Shown: positions 9,830 to 19,074 of the stretch, in pieces
Layout of the letters: each line of letters starts with the position of its first letter
Position numbering within the stretch: position 1 is the stretch's first letter
The notes under the pieces: generated by a model
What the model was told of the DNA's origin: nothing
Databases searched by the model: none
What the model saw: the letters and a program-made list of their open reading frames with translations, nothing else
Source of the DNA: Acidimicrobiales bacterium
Lineage (GTDB): Bacteria > Actinomycetota > Acidimicrobiia > Acidimicrobiales > JBBRKR01
Length of the DNA stretch: 64,000 bases
Direction of reading: 5' to 3'
NCBI GenBank assembly: GCA_038231795.1
Contig: JBBRKR010000007.1
Span: 104,544 to 168,543, forward strand
Translations under genes and position numbers: made by a program

Positions 9830-10834
9830 GTGCCGGGAAATTCAAAATTGCAGCGACGAATCAAGACCATTCCAGCAGTATTCGCGGTAGCAATTTTGTT
9901 GCTCATACTGGCGCCATTCTGGCTTGTTCTAGCGACAATCGTCGACTTGGCTCGGCTCCGCAAACGCCTACCGACAACTCGTCTCCTCTGCTTCGCCGTG
10001 TGGTGGGCGTGGCTCGAAGTGGCTGGCATTGCCAGCTTCGTGATGCTGTCCGTTACCGGCCAGCATCGCAATCAGCCGTTGCACTATCGATTTCAACGGT
10101 GGTGGGCCAAGCAACTGGTCGTGGCCCTAAAAGTCACCACTGGGCTCACGATCGTGAGCGAAAATAGCGACATCCTCAAATCAGGACCCGTCGTTCTGTT
10201 AACTCGCCACGCCAGCCTCGCTGATTCCGTCGTGACAGCTACGACGATTTTAGAAGCGGGATGTGAGCCCAGATTCGTGCTGAAGCGAGACCTCATTTCT
10301 GACCCCTGCCTCGACCTTTTTGGCCATCGGCTGCCCAACTATTTCTTAGATCGCGAAGCCACCGATACCGCTAAAGAATTGGAAGCCATCAAAGCTCTAT
10401 CCGGTGGCATGTCGCCGAACAATGTGGCGGTGATCTTCCCGGAAGGCACCCGCGCTAATGATAAAAAACGCCGACGTGCGCTCGAGAAAATTGCCGAGCG
10501 CGACCCAGCCCGGGCCGCAAAATTGCAGTCTCTACAACACCTCATTCCTCCTCGCCCCGCCGGTTCTCTTGCCCTTCTCCAAGGAGCCCCCGACGCCGAC
10601 GTAGTGGTCGCCTGGCACATCGGATTCGACGGTCTCGATACGTTTGGCGGCATTCTCAACCACTTGAAAAAGACGCCACCTCCCGTGCGATTTGTACTCC
10701 GCCGAATCGAGCGGTCAACCGTTCCCACGGAACCCGAGGCACTCGCTAGCTGGCTTGACGATGTCTGGCTCGACAGCGACCAATTCGTGCACCAAGCTCT
10801 CACCAACCAAGCACACAACAAGGACAAAGAATGA
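9830..10834 (+). CDS. 1-acyl-sn-glycerol-3-phosphate acyltransferase (PlsC family)
   Basis: RHASLAD (HxxxxD), IFPEGTR, N-terminal TM helices. Confidence 0.85.
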   Translation: MPGNSKLQRRIKTIPAVFAVAILLLILAPFWLVLATIVDLARLRKRLPTTRLLCFAVWWAWLEVAGIASFVMLSVTGQHRNQPLHYRFQRWWAKQLVVALKVTTGLTIVSENSDILKSGPVVLLTRHASLADSVVTATTILEAGCEPRFVLKRDLISDPCLDLFGHRLPNYFLDREATDTAKELEAIKALSGGMSPNNVAVIFPEGTRANDKKRRRALEKIAERDPARAAKLQSLQHLIPPRPAGSLALLQGAPDADVVVAWHIGFDGLDTFGGILNHLKKTPPPVRFVLRRIERSTVPTEPEALASWLDDVWLDSDQFVHQALTNQAHNKDKE

Positions 10835-11625
10835 TCGCACTCGCAGGAGCACCGCTGGCCATGGTCTCATCGGCCATCGCCATCATCGCCCTCATGCTCA
10901 CCACCTGGCTGATCAGCGTGAAGCTCAAAAACGCCTCGATCGTCGACATCATTTGGGGCTTCGGATTCGTGGTCGTGGCGTGGACCGTGCGTCTCACCGT
11001 CGACGGCAATCACGCCCGCCAAAACTTGCTCGTAGCGTTGGCCACGATCTGGGGCCTGCGACTCGCCATCTATCTGTGGTGGCGCAACCACGGCAAGGGC
11101 GAAGACTTTCGTTACAAGGCCATGCGCCGCAAACACGGTGACCGATTCCCGATCGTGAGTCTGTACACCGTGTATGCAACGCAAGGCGCTCTGATGTGGA
11201 TCGTGTCGTTGCCGCTGCAACTCGGCGGCGTGCGAGCCACCCCAAAACTGGGAGCACTCGCCATCATCGGCGCTGTGTTGTGGGCCATTGGCTTGGCCTT
11301 CGAAGGCGTCGGCGATGCCCAGCTCACCAAGTTCAAAGCCGATGCCGCCAACAAGGGCGTCGTGATGAACAAGGGTCTGTGGCGCTACACGCGGCACCCC
11401 AATTATTTCGGTGATTGCTGTGTGTGGTGGGGCCTCGGCCTCATTGCCGCCGAGACCCGATTGGGTATGTGGGGGCTCATCGGCTCGGCAGCGATGAACG
11501 TGCTGCTGCGCCGTGTTTCAGGCGTCACTCTGCTCGAGAAAAGTCTCAAAAAACGACGCGTTGGCTACGACGAATACATCAAAGTCACCAGCCCGTTCAT
11601 CCCTCGGCCACCACGCAAGGCGTAG
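10831..11625 (+). CDS. DUF1295 / steroid 5-alpha-reductase-like membrane protein
   Basis: NASIVDIIWG, GEDFRY, GLWRYTRHPNYFG. Confidence 0.9.
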   Translation: MIALAGAPLAMVSSAIAIIALMLTTWLISVKLKNASIVDIIWGFGFVVVAWTVRLTVDGNHARQNLLVALATIWGLRLAIYLWWRNHGKGEDFRYKAMRRKHGDRFPIVSLYTVYATQGALMWIVSLPLQLGGVRATPKLGALAIIGAVLWAIGLAFEGVGDAQLTKFKADAANKGVVMNKGLWRYTRHPNYFGDCCVWWGLGLIAAETRLGMWGLIGSAAMNVLLRRVSGVTLLEKSLKKRRVGYDEYIKVTSPFIPRPPRKA

Positions 11626-11643
11626 GTCCCGGCGCCCCGCTGG

Positions 11644-12519
11644 TCACACTTTTCGAAGCTGCCAGATCAATAGGAATGGCATGCCGATGAACGCCTGTAC
11701 TACCGACTCGGGCGCGAACTGATACGCCGGAGTAGTGCGCTGTAAAAGGGCTTCGTCGAACACGACTTCCTCGCACACCTCGATCGCTAGACCGGCGGCC
11801 ACGAACGCCATCACGTACTCGCTGACCGGGTGATACAAGTTGTCGACGTAGCTGAATTGCAAGCCAGTGGCCCCAGGATGTTTGAACATGGCCACCCCAG
11901 AAAGCGCTGACTGATGGGGATGAATATCGCTGAGTACAACGATTCCGCCCGGCTTCAACACTCGTGCCATCTCGCGAATCGCTGGTGCTAGTTCCGGAAT
12001 GTGTGTCAATGCCAACGAGCATGTGATCACGTCAACTGTGGCGTCGGCCACCGGAAGTGCCACGAACTCTCCCATCCGAAATTCTGCCCTGGGAACCTTG
12101 GCCCGTGCGACGTCCAACATGCTGGCGTTGGCGTCGACGCCGATCACACTGTGCCCACACGAATCAAGGAACGCCACGTGACGCCCCGTTCCACAGGCCA
12201 CATCGAGCGCCACCCCAGGCTGAATGTGCGACAACAATCGATGAACGATTGGTTCCTCCGCTTCAATAGCGGGATTGGGCCCGTCGTAACTCTGGGACCA
12301 AATATCGTAACCGTCGTTTATCTCATAGCTATCCAGTTCGATCATCACGTTCGATGGAAATTCGTCACGCCCCCCAGCAATAAACGCCAGGTCGTCCATG
12401 CGACCGAGACCGGCCGCCGGATCTCGAAAGAGTGTGCGGTACATCGCCAAGCCATGTACCGCCGACAGGTATTGGCCGAACGTGAAAGTGAGGTGCGACG
12501 GAGTGGCGGATTCGCTCAT
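11644..12519 (-). CDS. Class I SAM-dependent methyltransferase
   Basis: LDVACGTGR motif I; EMARVLKPGG. Confidence 0.9.
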   Translation of the reverse strand: MSESATPSHLTFTFGQYLSAVHGLAMYRTLFRDPAAGLGRMDDLAFIAGGRDEFPSNVMIELDSYEINDGYDIWSQSYDGPNPAIEAEEPIVHRLLSHIQPGVALDVACGTGRHVAFLDSCGHSVIGVDANASMLDVARAKVPRAEFRMGEFVALPVADATVDVITCSLALTHIPELAPAIREMARVLKPGGIVVLSDIHPHQSALSGVAMFKHPGATGLQFSYVDNLYHPVSEYVMAFVAAGLAIEVCEEVVFDEALLQRTTPAYQFAPESVVQAFIGMPFLLIWQLRKV

Positions 12520-12542
12520 CGCCAGATCGTAGGATCAACGCT

Positions 12543-13256
12543 ATGACAGACCGCTTGTATTTTCGCCAACTGCTCTCCGGCCGTGATTTCGCCACCACCA
12601 ATAACATCGCCAAACAGATGGTGAATTTCGTGTACCTCATCGGCGACCGTGAGACGAAAGAGGCGATGATTATCGACCCCGCGTGGAGCACCCAGGATCT
12701 CGTCGACATCATCGAAGCCGACGGCATGAACCTGGTCGGCGCTCTTGCCACCCACTATCACGCCGATCATGTGGGCGGCACCATGATGGGTCACACCATC
12801 GATGGCATCAGCAATCTTCTGGCCATCAAGGACGTGCCGATTCACCTTCAAGCCGCCGAGGTGCCGTGGGTCACTCGCACCACAGGCGTCACCACCGATC
12901 ACATCGTGGAGCATCAATCTGGCGACGTAGTCATGGTCGGTGAGATTCCAATCCAACTGATTCACACGCCGGGCCACACGCCGGGCAGCCAGTGTTTTTT
13001 CGTGGACAACTGCTTGCTGGCCGGCGACACCTTGTTTTTAGAGGGCTGCGGGCGCACCGACTTGCCGGGGAGCGACCCTGCCGCGATGTACGAGAGCCTC
13101 ACCCAAAAGTTGGCCCAGATTCCGGACACGGCGACGCTATTTCCCGGCCACTTGTACTCGCCGGAAGGATCACAATCGATGGGTGAAACACGCGAATACA
13201 ACTACGTGTTCAAACCCAAATCGGCTCAACAATGGATGGCTATGTTCGGCGGCTAG
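12543..13256 (+). CDS. MBL-fold metallo-hydrolase (glyoxalase II-like)
   Basis: THYHADH, HTPGHTPGS, GDTLF...GCGRTD, FPGH. Confidence 0.92.
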   Translation: MTDRLYFRQLLSGRDFATTNNIAKQMVNFVYLIGDRETKEAMIIDPAWSTQDLVDIIEADGMNLVGALATHYHADHVGGTMMGHTIDGISNLLAIKDVPIHLQAAEVPWVTRTTGVTTDHIVEHQSGDVVMVGEIPIQLIHTPGHTPGSQCFFVDNCLLAGDTLFLEGCGRTDLPGSDPAAMYESLTQKLAQIPDTATLFPGHLYSPEGSQSMGETREYNYVFKPKSAQQWMAMFGG

Positions 13257-13265
13257 CCCCGCTCG

Positions 13266-15095
13266 CTACTGATACGCAGCAGCCTGAAGTTCGAACAATT
13301 CGCGATACAACCCGTTGGCTTCAATGAGCGCATCATGGCTACCGACTTCGACCACTTTGGCGCCGTTCATCACCACGATCAAATCAGCCATGCGCACTGT
13401 CGAGAACCGATGCGAAATCAAAACGGTGATTCGGCCCGACGTGGTGGCTGCTCGGGACGCTGCCGCAAAACGCTCGAAAAGAGCGTGTTCTGTTTCGGCG
13501 TCCAACGCTGCTGTCGGCTCGTCCAAAATCAACAACAACGGGTCGTCGCGCATGAAGCCACGAGCCAATGCCAACTTCTGCCACTGCCCAAAACTCACCT
13601 CGGCGCCGCCATCCCAACTGGCCCCCAATTGGGTGTCGAGCCCGTACGCCAGCCGTTCGATCACGTCATCGGCACCTGCCCGATCGATCGCTGACTCTGC
13701 GGCTTCCCGGTCGTCCAGGCGGGGAACATCGCCGACGCCAACCGAACGTTGAGCCGGAAATTCGAATCTATAAAAATCCTGAAACGCTCCGCCCAATCGT
13801 TCCCGCCATACGGCCGTGTCCATGGCCGCCAGATCACTTCCATCGACCAAGATTCGCCCGCTGGTGGGGCGGTACATGCGAGCAAGCAGCTTCACGAGCG
13901 TGGTCTTTCCTGCCCCGTTTTCTCCGACGATGGCCACCACCGTGCCCGCTGGAAGTGTGAGATCGACGTCGTCCAAAACCACGCGATCGGTCCCCGGGTA
14001 GGTGAACGAAACACCTTCGAACCTGATGCCATCCACGATCGTGGCGGGCACCGCACCGGTATGGCCCGCATCGGCCGCCGCCGCGTAATCTTCGAGCCAC
14101 ACCAAGCGGCGCGAAGCGTCCAACCAAAACCCTCGCAGGAAGCCCAGTTCGCCCGCCGTGGCCCCAACATACGATGCCAGCCGCGTACCGGCGGCCACCA
14201 CAAGCACCACATCCCCAACCCCCCGCTTGAGGCCCGACGCCACAAAGACAATTGCTCCCACATACGCCAATCCAAACACCGCCCACACCAAGGAATGCCA
14301 CGCCGCCGTGGCCGCACGCACTCTGGCCACTGGGCCGTAACTCTTCTCCCATGTCGCTCGACGCTGCGCCACCAACCATGCTTGAGTCTCGGTAACCCGC
14401 ACCTCTTTTCCAGGAGGAGCAGTAGTGCCGAGTACGAAAAGGTGGCGAGCCAAACGAGTGTGAGAAATCACGGATTCCTCGACGCGTCGCTCCACAGCTG
14501 GACGCCACGTCGAGGTGTAGAAGGCAGGTAGCGCAAACAGAAACAACAGGATGAGAGCCGGATGAATAGATGCCAACAGCACGGCCGTGATCACTAGGCG
14601 AAACATCCAACCCAGCGTCGACATCAACGACATAAACATATGGTCGAGGGCGAAAACCTGATCGCGGAGCATTGCCAATCGATCTAGATATTCCGGCCGT
14701 TCGTGGTGCTCGATCGTAGGAACCGACGCCTGTAACCCGGCCACATGAGACTCCAAAGCAATCGCCACCCGGTCCCGAAACCGGCGCTGAACGCGTTGTG
14801 ATGCCACGCTCAATATCCAAGTTGCCGACACTGATACGGCCAACCCAATAGCCGCAATTCTGACGTCTCGACTTCGAGAATGCTCGTCTTGAGACAGCAC
14901 CCCAGTCACTAAGAATTTCAACCACAAAGCCAACAGCGCATCGGGCAACATCATGAGTAGGGCCAAGGCCAATGACGATGCCAACAGCTTGGGTTCTGCC
15001 CGGTAGCCCAAACGAAACGTACGTGCCAGTGACGTGAACGCCCCCGGCAAATCATCCACGTCGTGATTCTTCTGACGGCCGTTAGAGCGACTCAT
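13266..15095 (-). CDS. ABC exporter, fused permease/ATPase
   Basis: GENGAGKTT, degenerate signature VSFGQWQK, ILDEPTAALD, SHRFS. Confidence 0.93.
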   Translation of the reverse strand: MSRSNGRQKNHDVDDLPGAFTSLARTFRLGYRAEPKLLASSLALALLMMLPDALLALWLKFLVTGVLSQDEHSRSRDVRIAAIGLAVSVSATWILSVASQRVQRRFRDRVAIALESHVAGLQASVPTIEHHERPEYLDRLAMLRDQVFALDHMFMSLMSTLGWMFRLVITAVLLASIHPALILLFLFALPAFYTSTWRPAVERRVEESVISHTRLARHLFVLGTTAPPGKEVRVTETQAWLVAQRRATWEKSYGPVARVRAATAAWHSLVWAVFGLAYVGAIVFVASGLKRGVGDVVLVVAAGTRLASYVGATAGELGFLRGFWLDASRRLVWLEDYAAAADAGHTGAVPATIVDGIRFEGVSFTYPGTDRVVLDDVDLTLPAGTVVAIVGENGAGKTTLVKLLARMYRPTSGRILVDGSDLAAMDTAVWRERLGGAFQDFYRFEFPAQRSVGVGDVPRLDDREAAESAIDRAGADDVIERLAYGLDTQLGASWDGGAEVSFGQWQKLALARGFMRDDPLLLILDEPTAALDAETEHALFERFAAASRAATTSGRITVLISHRFSTVRMADLIVVMNGAKVVEVGSHDALIEANGLYRELFELQAAAYQ

Positions 15096-16911
15096 GGACT
15101 ACCTCCTGGCCGGCATCGTCGACTTCGGTAAATCGCGACGCTTGGAGTTCGAACATCGTTTTGTACAACCCGCCAGCAGCCACCAATTCGTCGTGGCTGC
15201 CAAGTTCGACAACGCGCCCGTCGTCCATCACCGCAATTTGATCGGCCAATCGGACAGTCGAAAATCGATGCGAGATCAGGATGGTGGTGCATTCGCCAGT
15301 GGCCGCCAACACTCGTTGGAAGATCTCCGATTCACCACGTACATCGAGCTGGGCAGTGGGTTCGTCGAGGAGGACCACATTGGCCCCCAACCGCACTGCG
15401 CATAACGCACGAGCGAGAGCTACTCGTTGCCACTGGCCACCAGACAGGTCGGTTCCTCCGGGGTATCCCTTTGACAGCGTGGTGTCAAGATTTCCGTTGG
15501 CAATGCTAGATCCGCCGGCATCGGCCAGGGCGGCTAGGAGCACCTCATCATTGGCGCCGAGTGGAGCTATGTTGACTCGCAGCGGGAGTTCAAACCGAAT
15601 GAAGTCTTGGAACACGGCAGTGACCTTGCGCCGCCACGCCGCCACATCCAATTCGGTCAATGGTGCCCCATCAATTTCGATCGTGCCAGAGGTGGGATCG
15701 TAAAGCCGGCAGATGAGTTTCGCCAACGTGGTTTTGCCAGCTCCGTTGTGCCCCACAATGGCCATTGAACTACCCGCAGGAATCACCAAATCGAAACCAT
15801 TCAGCACGTTGCGTCCACTGGATTCATAGGCGAACGAGACGTCCCGAAAACGAATCGTTGGTGGCCCAGAAGGTGGGTCGGCGGCGCCGGCAACCAGCGA
15901 CTCTGAACCGCCCACTGCGGCTTCCAATCGGCCGAGAGCTGCGATCGGCGCACACGCTCCATCGAGCGCCCAGTTCAAGCCTCCGAACGCGATCAAGGAC
16001 ACGCCGATCGTGGCTTGGACAAACACCACAAGTTTCGCTGTCGTAAGGTGGTTACCGATCGCGCTCGACGCCAATACCCAGAACACAAACCCGTTGGCCG
16101 CCAACACGATCAGCACACATAAAGCGATCGATTTCTCGCGCAGCCGGGTGGCCTCATACTGCAAGTCGTACAACCGTCGACGAGTGTCCACAAACCGTTC
16201 AATCACCCATCCGCCCAAGCCAAAAAAACGGAGCTCTTTGGCCGGTGTGGCGTCGACCGCCAGACGGTACGAGTACTCGGCGTGGCGTTGCGCTGTTCGC
16301 ACTTCGTCGGTGTTGCGATCCTTCCAAATGCCACTCTCCCGCAAAAGCCAATGCGTCGATCCCCACGCCAGTAGAAGCAGCAGCGGCGCCCACCAGGCGT
16401 ATCCGAAAAGCAACAGCGCTGACGCCGTCCCGACAACGAGATCCATCAATCCGCCGGCAATGAAGTCCATCGAAATGCTGAGTGGCGGCCCCATCATGCC
16501 GAGATCAAAATCACGGGCCATTGTGAGATCGTTGGTGAGGTCGGGGCGCTCAAGGTGACTCATGCCATCCGGTGTTACGCATACGGCCATCAGCCTGTCG
16601 TACAGGTGAGCCGAGAGCCGTTGACCTGCGTTGGCGCTCACTAATTGGTGCAACGGCTGAACCACCAATAGTGCAGTAAATGTGGCGCCGACTGTTACCA
16701 GAGGAGCAGTGAGCGACACGCCCCTCGTGACATTCGAAACGAGCCATCCGAATCCCACAGATGTTGCAGCTGGCAGCACGCCACGGAGCAGAATGAGCGC
16801 CCACCACGACCACGCCAGCGGACGCGAGCTCCTCATCAACGTGCGACAAAAAAGAATCTCCTGCCGCTGCGTCAACTTCATGAGACGTCCAACTCTGCCT
16901 GTTTCGCCCAT
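15082..16911 (-). CDS. ABC exporter, fused permease/ATPase (probable heterodimer partner)
   Basis: GHNGAGKTT, LSGGQWQR, LLDEPT; overlaps the next gene; TAGAGT 6 nt before ATG 16911. Confidence 0.92.
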   Translation of the reverse strand: MGETGRVGRLMKLTQRQEILFCRTLMRSSRPLAWSWWALILLRGVLPAATSVGFGWLVSNVTRGVSLTAPLVTVGATFTALLVVQPLHQLVSANAGQRLSAHLYDRLMAVCVTPDGMSHLERPDLTNDLTMARDFDLGMMGPPLSISMDFIAGGLMDLVVGTASALLLFGYAWWAPLLLLLAWGSTHWLLRESGIWKDRNTDEVRTAQRHAEYSYRLAVDATPAKELRFFGLGGWVIERFVDTRRRLYDLQYEATRLREKSIALCVLIVLAANGFVFWVLASSAIGNHLTTAKLVVFVQATIGVSLIAFGGLNWALDGACAPIAALGRLEAAVGGSESLVAGAADPPSGPPTIRFRDVSFAYESSGRNVLNGFDLVIPAGSSMAIVGHNGAGKTTLAKLICRLYDPTSGTIEIDGAPLTELDVAAWRRKVTAVFQDFIRFELPLRVNIAPLGANDEVLLAALADAGGSSIANGNLDTTLSKGYPGGTDLSGGQWQRVALARALCAVRLGANVVLLDEPTAQLDVRGESEIFQRVLAATGECTTILISHRFSTVRLADQIAVMDDGRVVELGSHDELVAAGGLYKTMFELQASRFTEVDDAGQEVVHESL

Positions 16912-16981
16912 CGGCACACTCTAAATCGTTTCGATCGCGCAGCGGGGCCAGCACTCCGGCGATCGACACCGTCAAGAATTT

Positions 16982-18067
16982 TTAGGCGAACTGCACGGCA
17001 TAGATGGGCGGGAAACTGGTGCCGAGGCACTTCCAGGAATCGCCGCGGTCGTCGCTGAGATACACGTTTCCAGTCGTCGAACCAAAGGCCAGAGAGTTGC
17101 GCGAATAGGCCAGGCCATGGCGGAACACGATGTCGAAACAGCCCGATTGAGGAAGACCGTTGCGGAGGTGCTGCCACGTTTTGCCGCCGTCGTTGGTGCG
17201 GGAAACGCACATCGCGAATCCCACAGCACGGCGGTCGTCGTCGCCCTGAGCGGGCACCACCCACGCCGTGTCGGGATCGTCGTCGGCTACCGCAATCGGG
17301 AAACCAAAATGCGCTACGCGGTCAGAACCCTCTGGCTCAGAAACGATTTGCCATGAATCGCCACCGTCGCCGGAGCGGTAGATACCGCAATGATGCTGCG
17401 ACCACAACACATCAGGATTCGTAGGGCTCTGCACCACCAAATGGGGATCCTGAGGCACATTCACCGTGGGATCTGGCATGTACTCGGCATCCATCCCCGA
17501 GGTGATTACATCCCACGTTTCTCCGTCATCGTGAGTAACAAATACTCCGGCTACCGAAGAGCCGACACGCACAGTCTTCGAGTCGCGAGGGTCGACGCAA
17601 ATCGAATGCAACGCCGGATCGTCGGTGCCAGCACCAAACCACATCGGCCGGTGATCCTGATCCCAGAAGGACTGCACGAAGTCAAATGTCTCGCCACCAT
17701 CGTCGCTACGAAATAGGCCTCCTGGTAGGGTACCGATCCAGATCCGTTTGGGCTCGGAATCAAGCCCTGGCTGAATCGTGAAAATCTCGGTAAGGGCAGC
17801 TGGCTGTCCCGACGGCATGGTGGCCGACGCCGGATACGTGATCGTGGAATGGTCGTGCCACGTGGCGCCCTCATCGTGACTGTGCATCAGCTTGGGGCCG
17901 AAGTGGCCGTGCTTCTGACCTACCCACCACACGCCGGTGCGGGGGTCAACTACCGCACACGAGACGCCCACCCCGTTGAATTCGTGGCGCTCGATCGCCC
18001 AATCGCTGTCGCGGTTGAGCACGATCAAACCCTTGCGGGTGCTGAGCAGAACACGGCTGTTGGTCAC
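16982..18067 (-). CDS. BNR/Asp-box beta-propeller (sialidase-like) protein
   Basis: Multiple SxDxGxTW Asp-boxes (SHDEGATW, SDDGGETF, SGDGGDSW, TNDGGKTW, SDDRGDSW). Confidence 0.88.
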   Translation of the reverse strand: MTNSRVLLSTRKGLIVLNRDSDWAIERHEFNGVGVSCAVVDPRTGVWWVGQKHGHFGPKLMHSHDEGATWHDHSTITYPASATMPSGQPAALTEIFTIQPGLDSEPKRIWIGTLPGGLFRSDDGGETFDFVQSFWDQDHRPMWFGAGTDDPALHSICVDPRDSKTVRVGSSVAGVFVTHDDGETWDVITSGMDAEYMPDPTVNVPQDPHLVVQSPTNPDVLWSQHHCGIYRSGDGGDSWQIVSEPEGSDRVAHFGFPIAVADDDPDTAWVVPAQGDDDRRAVGFAMCVSRTNDGGKTWQHLRNGLPQSGCFDIVFRHGLAYSRNSLAFGSTTGNVYLSDDRGDSWKCLGTSFPPIYAVQFA

Positions 18068-18345
18068 TGGAATCCTCCTGAGAGTGCTGGTATGACATCG
18101 ATGGTGCTGGAGTCGTCGATGGGGTCGCTGAGCTGCCGATCGCTCACGAGATCTTGGCCTACGAAAATGTTGACGTGATGGCGAAGAGTCTTGTGTTCGT
18201 CGACAATATAGAACCCCAATCCAGGATGCCGGGCGTCGATCATTTCAACGGCCGCCGCTACGGTTATGACGTCGACCACTTCGCCCTTGTCGGGATAGGC
18301 AGGAAAGAACCTACGCAGGTGCCTGCTAATGCGAACGAGGGCCAC
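18064..18345 (-). CDS. MoaD/ThiS ubiquitin-like sulfur carrier
   Basis: 93 aa; LRHHVNIFVG; C-terminus VIPALSGG-FQ. Confidence 0.88.
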   Translation of the reverse strand: MALVRISRHLRRFFPAYPDKGEVVDVITVAAAVEMIDARHPGLGFYIVDEHKTLRHHVNIFVGQDLVSDRQLSDPIDDSSTIDVIPALSGGFQ

Positions 18346-18351
18346 GAACGG

Positions 18352-19074
18352 TCACACTATCCGCGTCAATTGGTACGCGCTAGTGGTCTCGCCATCAGGA
18401 GTGGCGACCACATCCGTGATCCGCCATCCGGCGGCGAAAAGCTCGGGAAGAGTTATCCGGTAATGGTTCTGCCAGGTCATTGCTTCGGCGGGATCGGCCA
18501 ATCGTAAACCTGCAATGTCGTTTGGGATCGCCATGTAGCGAACTTCCGCGCTCGTCGGCCGATCACCACGGTCGCCACGGTCGAGCACCCAATCGACCAT
18601 CAGCCGATCGGTCATCACCATTGCGCCGTCAGTTGCTTCCTCGCCATAGTGGTTCTCCAAATAACGATTCGCGATGGCCCCAAGACGGTGAATATTCAAC
18701 CGAGCGTTGGTGGCGCGCAACGGATCAAACGTCCACCGGACGCCGGTGATCCCTCTCGCCAAGCACCAGTCGCGTTGAGCCAACTTCAGTGCCTCGGCAA
18801 TGCCAAACCCGCGCCATTCTGCAACCACACCCATACGGTGAGAGTGTTGCCATTTGGCGTCACTCGTCGGGAACGCAAACAGCATTCCAATGAACTCGCC
18901 GGGGATCGATTCGGCGGCCAAGATCAGGCCACCTTCATCTTGAATTGCCCGCAACAGATGCGTGTTGTCAACCTCCTCGTCGGGCCCCCACACCAACTGG
19001 GCGACATCACACACCTGCCTCAATTCCTCGATGGCGAACACCTCGCGAATGCGGAACCGATCGCTGGCGTTCAT
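18352..19074 (-). CDS. GNAT acyltransferase (type associated with N-succinylamino acid racemases)
   Basis: HSHRMGV...GIAEALKLAQR...WTFDPLRATNARLNIHRLGA; ATG 19074 overlaps the upstream stop (ATGA). Confidence 0.82.
   Translation of the reverse strand: MNASDRFRIREVFAIEELRQVCDVAQLVWGPDEEVDNTHLLRAIQDEGGLILAAESIPGEFIGMLFAFPTSDAKWQHSHRMGVVAEWRGFGIAEALKLAQRDWCLARGITGVRWTFDPLRATNARLNIHRLGAIANRYLENHYGEEATDGAMVMTDRLMVDWVLDRGDRGDRPTSAEVRYMAIPNDIAGLRLADPAEAMTWQNHYRITLPELFAAGWRITDVVATPDGETTSAYQLTRIV

Noticed and set aside
9748-10071. N-terminal extension of the 902-aa RCC1 ORF
   Set aside because: Overlaps the divergent acyltransferase; signal peptide and paralogue comparison place the start at 9747
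11644-18345. RiPP or secondary-metabolite cluster (methyltransferase, ABC pair, MoaD)
   Set aside because: No precursor peptide or maturation enzyme (YcaO, LanM, radical SAM, lasso cyclase) found
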